Origin: Candidatus Bathyarchaeota archaeon
Lineage (GTDB): Archaea > Thermoproteota > Bathyarchaeia > TCS64
Assembly (NCBI GenBank): GCA_963780545.1
Contig: CAWACK010000008.1
Location: 135,988 to 199,987 of the forward strand
Direction: 5' to 3'
Length of the DNA: 64,000 nucleotides
This document shows, piece after piece, positions 57,390 to 64,000 of this stretch. A program made the translations under genes and the position numbers. The notes beneath the pieces were generated by a model that saw only the letters and a program-made list of their open reading frames with translations, was not told where the DNA came from and did no database searches. The stretch's first letter is position 1. Every line of letters begins with the position of its first letter.

Positions 57390-59735
57390 TTGCCGGATAG
57401 AGACTTGAAACTAAAAATTGATGAGTTCTCCTCAACCGTCGGAATGTTCAAAGGTCTAGAGATAGATGTTGGCAGAATTTACTCCGAAGACTGGGACGAG
57501 GCAATGGGACCAACGCCATGGCCATCCGTTGGAACTCTTCGGAATTGGGACCGAAAACTTCTATCAAGGTACAAGCCTTTTTACATGCCTTTCTGTGACC
57601 TCTGTTGTCTTTGCACATTCGGTAAATGCGACCTCACAGGGGATAAACGAGGTGCATGTGGACTCGATATGCCCGCGCAGCAATCAAGAATCGTACTAAT
57701 AGCCGCCTTTATTGGGGCTTCTACACATGCCGCCCATGCTCGCCATATGCTAGATCATCTCATAAAAGAATACGGAAGGGATACTCCAATAGAAGTTGCA
57801 GTTAATACAGGTGTAGAAGCACCTAATATACGCCTAGTCTGTGGCATTCGACCAAAGACGCTTAAAGATCTAAAAGATGTTCTCGACTACGTCGAGTCCC
57901 AGATCGTCCAACTCGTCGCAGCGGCACACACCGGACAAGAGGGAGACAACATCGACTTCGAGTCTAAGGTCTTCCATGCGGGTATGCTGGATCACGTCGC
58001 ATTGGAGGTAGCCGATATAGCGCAGATCTCGGCGCTAGGGTTTCCGAAGGGAGAGCCGGAAACTGGCCTTACAGAGGTTGGTTACGGCGCTATAGATGTA
58101 ACGAAACCTGTGATAATGTGCATAGGTCACAATGTATTACCAAGTATAGATATCATAGACTACCTGATGAACAACAATCTCTTCGGTCAGGTAGAGGTGG
58201 GAGGTCTCTGCTGCACAGCCCATGATATGAGCCGTTACGATAAGAGGGCAAAAATTGTAGGCCCAATTTCATGGCAACTCCGCTTCATAAGATCAGGGAT
58301 ACCAGATCTAATAGTAGTTGACGAACAATGCATCCGAACAGACGTCATACAGGAAGCTAAGGCTATCGGGGTCCCAGTGATAGCTACGAGTGAAAAAAGC
58401 TGCCTAGGCCTCTTAGATGTCACCACCGAGGATACAGAAAAAATAATCAATGACCTTTCATTCAAAAATTTGGATGGGGTTCTAATCACCGATCCCAGGA
58501 AAGTTGGCGAGATCTCAGTAAAAACAGCAATTAACATATGGAAACGGAGGAAAGGTGAAAAGAAATATAATATTGGGGACATCGCAGAGGTTGCTAAGGC
58601 TTGTAGAGGATGCGGTGCATGCGTCCAATCTTGTCCAAATAACATTCCCATCGATGACGCTATTAAGGCAGCAAAAGAAGGAGATTACACACAACTCATT
58701 TCCCTTTACGACCTCTGTGTTGGCTGTGGCCGATGCGAAGAAGCTTGCCCCGTGGACCTACCAATTGTAAGCATGATAAACAAATCAAATGAGAAGGAGA
58801 CAATTCTGGAAAAGTACCCAATGAGAGTCGGACGCGGCGCTATACAGGATATCGAAATACGTGAGGTTGGCCAACCAATAGTATTCGGTGAGATACCGGG
58901 GGTAATTGCCATGGTGGGATGCGCAAATTATCCAGCGGGGACTGGAGATGTCGCTAAGATAAGTGAGGAGTTCCTCAAGCGCCGTTTTATCGTTGTCGCC
59001 TCTGGATGCTCAGCCATGAACATCGCGATGAGTCGTGACGAGGAGGGGCAAAATCTATATGAAAAATATCCAGGGAATTTCGATGCCGGTGGGCTAGTCA
59101 ACGTTGGCAGCTGTGTAGCGAATGCACATATTAGTGGTGCCGCAATAAAGATAGCCAACATCTTCGCAAAACGCCCGCTGAGGGGTAACTACGAAGAGAT
59201 CGCGGATTATATACTCAACCGAGTCGGCGCTGTAGGCGTTGCTTGGGGAGCAATGTCGCAGAAAGCAGCCGCCATAGCTGCGGGATGCTGGAGACTAGGA
59301 ATTCCGGTAGTCGTAGGCCCCCATGGTGCAAAGTATAGGCGTATGCTTCTAGGTAGAAAAGAGAAAGAAGAAGACTGGAAAGTATACAACGCCAGGGATG
59401 GAAAGGAGGTCTACGTAGGGCCAGTTCCTGAACACCTCTTCTATACGGCTGAGACGCTCGAAGAGGCTATCGTAATGATATCGAAGTTGGCGATGCGTCC
59501 CAATGACACCAATAAGGGAAGGGCAGTGAAGCTCAGCCACTACATCGATCTACATCAAAAGTATTACGGGTCAATGCCAGATGACCTTCACTTTTATGTT
59601 CGTAGGACTCAGGACATTCCATTCACTATGAGAGAGGAGGTCGTGAAAATCTTACAAGCGCAAAACTGGGTAGAGGACAAGATCGCCTCCCCTGATCCTA
59701 CTCTTCTGGATAGGCTTGTTAGGAAGCGAGAATGA
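57390..59735 (+). CDS. cdhA: Archaeal CODH/ACS alpha subunit
   Basis: CDLCCLCTFGKC, HTGQEG, GHNV, CCT, two CxxCxxCxxxCP motifs, GSCVANAH. Confidence 0.96.
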   Translation: MPDRDLKLKIDEFSSTVGMFKGLEIDVGRIYSEDWDEAMGPTPWPSVGTLRNWDRKLLSRYKPFYMPFCDLCCLCTFGKCDLTGDKRGACGLDMPAQQSRIVLIAAFIGASTHAAHARHMLDHLIKEYGRDTPIEVAVNTGVEAPNIRLVCGIRPKTLKDLKDVLDYVESQIVQLVAAAHTGQEGDNIDFESKVFHAGMLDHVALEVADIAQISALGFPKGEPETGLTEVGYGAIDVTKPVIMCIGHNVLPSIDIIDYLMNNNLFGQVEVGGLCCTAHDMSRYDKRAKIVGPISWQLRFIRSGIPDLIVVDEQCIRTDVIQEAKAIGVPVIATSEKSCLGLLDVTTEDTEKIINDLSFKNLDGVLITDPRKVGEISVKTAINIWKRRKGEKKYNIGDIAEVAKACRGCGACVQSCPNNIPIDDAIKAAKEGDYTQLISLYDLCVGCGRCEEACPVDLPIVSMINKSNEKETILEKYPMRVGRGAIQDIEIREVGQPIVFGEIPGVIAMVGCANYPAGTGDVAKISEEFLKRRFIVVASGCSAMNIAMSRDEEGQNLYEKYPGNFDAGGLVNVGSCVANAHISGAAIKIANIFAKRPLRGNYEEIADYILNRVGAVGVAWGAMSQKAAAIAAGCWRLGIPVVVGPHGAKYRRMLLGRKEKEEDWKVYNARDGKEVYVGPVPEHLFYTAETLEEAIVMISKLAMRPNDTNKGRAVKLSHYIDLHQKYYGSMPDDLHFYVRRTQDIPFTMREEVVKILQAQNWVEDKIASPDPTLLDRLVRKRE

Positions 59736-60283
59736 TGCCTGGAAGGATGATTACCGGTCAAATTGCCGAGATCCCCGGACCACAAAAGGCTCTGATTATA
59801 CAAAGCGCTGAATCATTGGCGGCGATGGTTAAAAGGGCCTCCAGGCCGCTCTTTGTCTTCGGATCGGAGTCTCAAAAAATCACGACTAACGATGGTGATC
59901 TAATAGATACTGCGATAGAGCTAAGTGAGAACCCTAAGAACACAATCGTAACAACTGGACATACTATAGCTGAATTCAGAAGAAGAAAGGTGGAAAAAGT
60001 ATACAGCATGCAGTTGATGAACCTAGGCGATCGCCTCAGGGACCCGGATTGGGGAGGATTCGATGGCAGAGGAGTTTACGACCTTGTTGTCTTCGTAGGT
60101 TTCACATATTATTTAGAATGGCTAGTTCTTTCAGGGTTGAAAAATTTCGCTAGAGAGCTAAAGACCATCTCACTCGATAGAACCTATCAGCCCAACGCAG
60201 ATTGGTCTATGGGGTTGATGACTGAAAAAGAGTGGAAGGATACACTTGAAAAGATCGTATCGATGTTAGTGGAGGTCAAATGA
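59732..60283 (+). CDS. cdhB: CODH/ACS epsilon subunit
   Basis: KRASRPL..G, DPDWGGFDGRG.YDL, YQPNA.WS. Confidence 0.93.
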   Translation: MMPGRMITGQIAEIPGPQKALIIQSAESLAAMVKRASRPLFVFGSESQKITTNDGDLIDTAIELSENPKNTIVTTGHTIAEFRRRKVEKVYSMQLMNLGDRLRDPDWGGFDGRGVYDLVVFVGFTYYLEWLVLSGLKNFARELKTISLDRTYQPNADWSMGLMTEKEWKDTLEKIVSMLVEVK

Positions 60284-60284
60284 A

Positions 60285-61679
60285 GTGTCAATGTTTGATG
60301 ATATCCCTGTCGGTGTAGGGATCATTTACGAAGGTGAGCGTATCAGGGGAAAGGAGATGCAGTTTGAACTTGGGGGACCGAGGGAACCCTATAAGTTCGA
60401 ACTCGTACAGGCGCGTAAGATGGATGAAATAAATGATGAAAACATCGAGATAATCGGAAAAGACCTTTCTGACCTGGAGGTTGGGCAGAACTACCCGTTA
60501 GGGATATTGATCGAGGTCGCTGGTAAGGAGATCGAAAAGGATCTTGAGGGGGTCATCGAGAGACGCATACATGAGTATGTTAACTTCATAGAGGGTTTCA
60601 TGCATCTCAACCAGCGCTATGATATTCAGCTTCGCCTTAGTAAAAAATCCTATGAGCGTGGCTTCAATACACTGAAGCTTCTCGGCACGGTCTTGATACG
60701 CCTATACAAGAGTGAGATGCCCTTCATCGAGAAGATACAAATTAAATTTGTTACGGATCCCGCGGTTGTCAAGGACATGTGGGAGAAGGCGATGAAGATC
60801 TACGAGGAGAGAGATGCCAGGGCACGCGGAATGAAGGACGATGATGTTGACGTATTCTATGGATGTAGTCTATGCCAATCTTTTGCCCCTACGCATCTCT
60901 GTGTAATCACTCCTCAACGTTATGCAAACTGTGGAGCAATAAGCTGGTTTGACGGGAGGGCTACGGCTAAGGTTGATCCGAAGGGACCTGTGTTTGAAAT
61001 TACAAAGGGAAACAAGATCGATGATCTCAGGGGAGAGTACGAAGGCGTAAACAAGGTCATAAAGGAGAAGAGCCTAGGGGAGATAGAGCGAGTCTACCTT
61101 TACACCGCCTTCGGCTACCCTCATACTAGCTGTGGCTGCTTCGAAGGAGTTGCGTTCTATATTCCGGAAGTCGATGGCTTCGGCGTTGTCCACCGTAACT
61201 ACAAGGGGGACACGGTCAATGGCCTCTCTTTCGTCACGATATCCGATCTTACGGCAGGGGGCAGACAAGTTGACGGCTTCCACGGTCTATCCCTAGAGTA
61301 CATGAGGAGCCCCCGCTTCCTACAGGCCGATGGTGGGTGGAACAGGGTCGTCTGGATGCCTGCAGAAATCAAGGAGAGATTAAAGGAATACATGCCACCT
61401 GAAATCGTTCCAAAGATTCCAACCGAGAACGATGTAAATACCTTAGATGATCTAAAAACATTCCTCAAGGAGAAGGATCACCCTATCGTGAAGACTTGGG
61501 TAGATGCCACTAAGGAGGTCGAGCGCCAGAGTGAAGGGGAGATGACCGTACCAGCACTAGAGGTACCCGCCGAATACTTCCCTGTACAAGGATTGCCAAG
61601 TGGCATGAGCTTCAAGATAATTCTGAAAAACGCCAAGATCAAAGCCGAAAAGATGATTATAAAGGCAGAGAAAAGGTGA
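60285..61679 (+). CDS. cdhC: CODH/ACS beta subunit (acetyl-CoA synthase)
   Basis: FYGCSLCQSFAP, CGAISW, PHTSCGCFE, DGGWNRVVWMP. Confidence 0.96.
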   Translation: MSMFDDIPVGVGIIYEGERIRGKEMQFELGGPREPYKFELVQARKMDEINDENIEIIGKDLSDLEVGQNYPLGILIEVAGKEIEKDLEGVIERRIHEYVNFIEGFMHLNQRYDIQLRLSKKSYERGFNTLKLLGTVLIRLYKSEMPFIEKIQIKFVTDPAVVKDMWEKAMKIYEERDARARGMKDDDVDVFYGCSLCQSFAPTHLCVITPQRYANCGAISWFDGRATAKVDPKGPVFEITKGNKIDDLRGEYEGVNKVIKEKSLGEIERVYLYTAFGYPHTSCGCFEGVAFYIPEVDGFGVVHRNYKGDTVNGLSFVTISDLTAGGRQVDGFHGLSLEYMRSPRFLQADGGWNRVVWMPAEIKERLKEYMPPEIVPKIPTENDVNTLDDLKTFLKEKDHPIVKTWVDATKEVERQSEGEMTVPALEVPAEYFPVQGLPSGMSFKIILKNAKIKAEKMIIKAEKR

Positions 61680-61685
61680 CAACGT

Positions 61686-62888
61686 TTGGCCATTAAAAAG
61701 AAAAACGAAACCCTTCCAATAAGCCTAGACATCCTTGAAGCCCTCGCCAAGTTCCAAGAGATCGAGCTGAGCGACGTTGAGATATCTTTTGATGAGTTGG
61801 AGGTCAGTCTTACACCTGGCGCACTCATGGGTGCACCTCGACCTAAAGCACTACCTATCACAAGGCAAAAGCCAACCTCTCTCATAGAAGCTAAGGTAGA
61901 TATACCCATCAAGGATTACCCCGGCAAAATTGTAGAGGTTAAGCTTGGGGCCACTAGAACTGAGGGTGGTACACGTGGAAAATCGGTTGTTATCGGGGGG
62001 GAGTCCGTCCCCGCATACTATAACTTTCAACAGCTACCGCCACACAAACCTGTAGTAGCATTCGACGTGTTCGACTGGCCTAAGGTTCCTCTGGCAAAGG
62101 CTGTAAAGGAGCACTACAAAGATGTCTTACACGATCCGGCTGAATGGGCCAAGCTCTGTGTAGAGAAGTACAATGCTGAGATGATCAACCTCCACTTCCT
62201 AACTATAGACCCTCTTATAGAAGACGCATCTCCAAGTGCAGCTGTGAAGGTTATCGAGAATGTCCTTCAAGCGGTTGATGTACCTATCGCCATCGGCGGG
62301 TGCGGTGATCCAAAGAAGGACCTTGCCGTGTTCACAGCCATCGCTGAGGCCACAAAGGGCGAAAGACTTCTCATAAACTCCATAACTTTAGATATGGACA
62401 TCGAAAAGTCAGCCAAGATAGTCAAGGACAACGACCATGTGGCGATCGCATTTACTAGCATGGATGTTAACAAAGCGAGAGAGCTCAACAGGAAACTCTA
62501 CGATTACCTCCCGAAGGACCGCATAGTTATGGATACAACGACTGCTGCACTAGGCTACGGTCTGGATTACGCTTTCACAGTCATGGAAAGGTGTCGACTT
62601 TCAGCCTTAAAGGGCGACATGGAGCTCAACCATCCCATGTCGTCTGGTTCAACAAACGCTTGGGCGGCGAGGGAGGCTTGGATGAAGATGGATGATCAAT
62701 GGACGCCGAGGGAACTCAGGGGACCCCTCTGGGAGACGATCACGGCGCAGACTCTACTACTGACAGGTGTCGACTACTTCATGATGATGCATCCAGCGGC
62801 TGCCAACGCAATGAGAGGCATCATTGACCGTCTCATGAGCGGAGGAAGCACGAAGGAGACCGTAGAATGGGTCTCGCTCAAGATCTAG
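61686..62888 (+). CDS. cdhD: Corrinoid/Fe-S protein small (delta) subunit
   Basis: LGAT..EGGTR, DPAEWAK, TTAALGYGLDY, NAWAAREAW, MMHP. Confidence 0.94.
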   Translation: MAIKKKNETLPISLDILEALAKFQEIELSDVEISFDELEVSLTPGALMGAPRPKALPITRQKPTSLIEAKVDIPIKDYPGKIVEVKLGATRTEGGTRGKSVVIGGESVPAYYNFQQLPPHKPVVAFDVFDWPKVPLAKAVKEHYKDVLHDPAEWAKLCVEKYNAEMINLHFLTIDPLIEDASPSAAVKVIENVLQAVDVPIAIGGCGDPKKDLAVFTAIAEATKGERLLINSITLDMDIEKSAKIVKDNDHVAIAFTSMDVNKARELNRKLYDYLPKDRIVMDTTTAALGYGLDYAFTVMERCRLSALKGDMELNHPMSSGSTNAWAAREAWMKMDDQWTPRELRGPLWETITAQTLLLTGVDYFMMMHPAAANAMRGIIDRLMSGGSTKETVEWVSLKI

Positions 62889-62897
62889 GTGATTGAT

Positions 62898-64000
62898 GTG
62901 CCAGCGAAAGAGCTTAGCCCGATAGAGATCTACAAGTACCTTCCCAAGACGAACTGCAAGGAATGTGGCGAGACGAACTGCATGGCCTTCGCAGCTAAGC
63001 TTGTGAACAGGGAGGCAGCACTTCAGGAGTGTTTACCCTTACTTGATCCGAAGCAGACGGAGACTTTTAGTAGGCTTTGGGGTTTGTTGAAACCCCCGGT
63101 TAAAGCTATCGAGATTGGTTCGGGGGATAAAAAGAGGAAAATCGGCGGAGAATACGTACTATACCGACACGAATTCACCTATTTTAACCCCACAGCAATA
63201 GCGATAGACGTCTCAGATGAGATGTCTGATGAAGAGGTTGAGATTCGAGTTAAGCTAGTAAACGAGCTTGTATATTTGTACATAGGGATGAAGCTTACTC
63301 TCGACATGGTCGCGATCAGATGTACATCCAACGACCCAGCGAAGTTCGAGGCGACCTCCAAGAAGGTAGCACAACTAACGGAAAAGCCTTTGATCCTGTG
63401 CGCCCTTGACCCTGCTGTGATGGAGCAGGGGTTAGCCGCGGTAGGTGACAAGAGGCCTCTGATCTACGCTGCAACTAAGAATAACTGGAAGGAAATGGCG
63501 GACCTAGCATTGATGTACAAGTGTCCACTTGTGGCTTCAAGTCCTCAGGATCTGAATACTTTGAAGTCATTGGCAGAGACCTTGAAGGAGTATGATGTCA
63601 AGGATATAGTTCTTGATCCGGGGACTCTCTGGGAAGGTGGTACATCTACGACGGTTGACGACCTCACGATTCTTAGACTTAAAGCGATCAATGAGGGGGA
63701 CGAAGATCTAGGGTATCCTCTGTTAGGGGCACCAATGGTTGCTTGGGCGGGGAAGGAGGAGGATCCCCTGGTCAAGGAATGGAACGAAGCGATGTTAGCA
63801 TCAGTACTTGTTACAAGGTATACAGACATCATGATCTTACACAGTGTCTCGGGTTGGTCTCTTCTCCCCCTAATCTTCCTGCGGCAGAACTTGTACACAG
63901 ATCCTAGAAAACCCGTTGCCGTTGAGGCTGGATTGAAGTCTTTCGGTGATGTCAATGATATGTCACCGGTTTTCCTTACAACAAACTTTGCGCTAACATA
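62898..64000 (+). CDS. cdhE: Corrinoid/Fe-S protein large (gamma) subunit, runs off the 3' edge
   Basis: Manual translation from GTG 62898: LPKTNCKECGETNCMAFAAKL, IGGEYVLYRHE, RQNLYTDPRKP, TTNFALT. Confidence 0.94.
   Translation, partial: MPAKELSPIEIYKYLPKTNCKECGETNCMAFAAKLVNREAALQECLPLLDPKQTETFSRLWGLLKPPVKAIEIGSGDKKRKIGGEYVLYRHEFTYFNPTAIAIDVSDEMSDEEVEIRVKLVNELVYLYIGMKLTLDMVAIRCTSNDPAKFEATSKKVAQLTEKPLILCALDPAVMEQGLAAVGDKRPLIYAATKNNWKEMADLALMYKCPLVASSPQDLNTLKSLAETLKEYDVKDIVLDPGTLWEGGTSTTVDDLTILRLKAINEGDEDLGYPLLGAPMVAWAGKEEDPLVKEWNEAMLASVLVTRYTDIMILHSVSGWSLLPLIFLRQNLYTDPRKPVAVEAGLKSFGDVNDMSPVFLTTNFALT

Noticed and set aside
1..64000. CRISPR arrays, transposases, integrases or rRNA genes
   Set aside because: No regularly spaced repeats or recognisable motifs were seen; the many short antisense ORFs in the track overlap well-supported genes and were treated as shadows.

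Overview
Archaeal chromosomal window. Gene content points to Bathyarchaeia or a related TACK lineage (inference from class I LysRS, single-OB SSB, a non-catalytic splicing-endonuclease subunit, Tes and an archaeal CdhABCDE operon). 1-10 kb holds housekeeping genes, tRNA-Thr(GGT), a box C/D guide RNA and several microproteins. 10-23 kb is the S10/spc ribosomal protein cluster through secY, with an apparent uL29-Rpp29 fusion. 23-40 kb holds hisS, endA, nucS, kbl/tdh, an M16 peptidase, TrmB, Tes, ilvD, Sm, SSB and RIO2. 40-64 kb is a C1 / Wood-Ljungdahl supercluster: methanopterin-type pterin biosynthesis genes, two CooC/AcsF ATPases, a RACo corrinoid activator, an MvhGA-type NiFe hydrogenase, a metF-(ferredoxin/MvhD)x2-metV operon without hdrABC, and divergent cdhABCDE. 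The strongest candidates for undescribed biology are a putative hydrogenase-wired MetFV methylene-pterin reductase and a CitG plus MdcG-like nucleotidyltransferase plus CofE-like set that could supply unassigned late steps of methanopterin synthesis. Several single-base frameshifts suggest assembly indel errors, so every frameshift or fusion call needs read-level checking. No CRISPR array or intact mobile element was seen.
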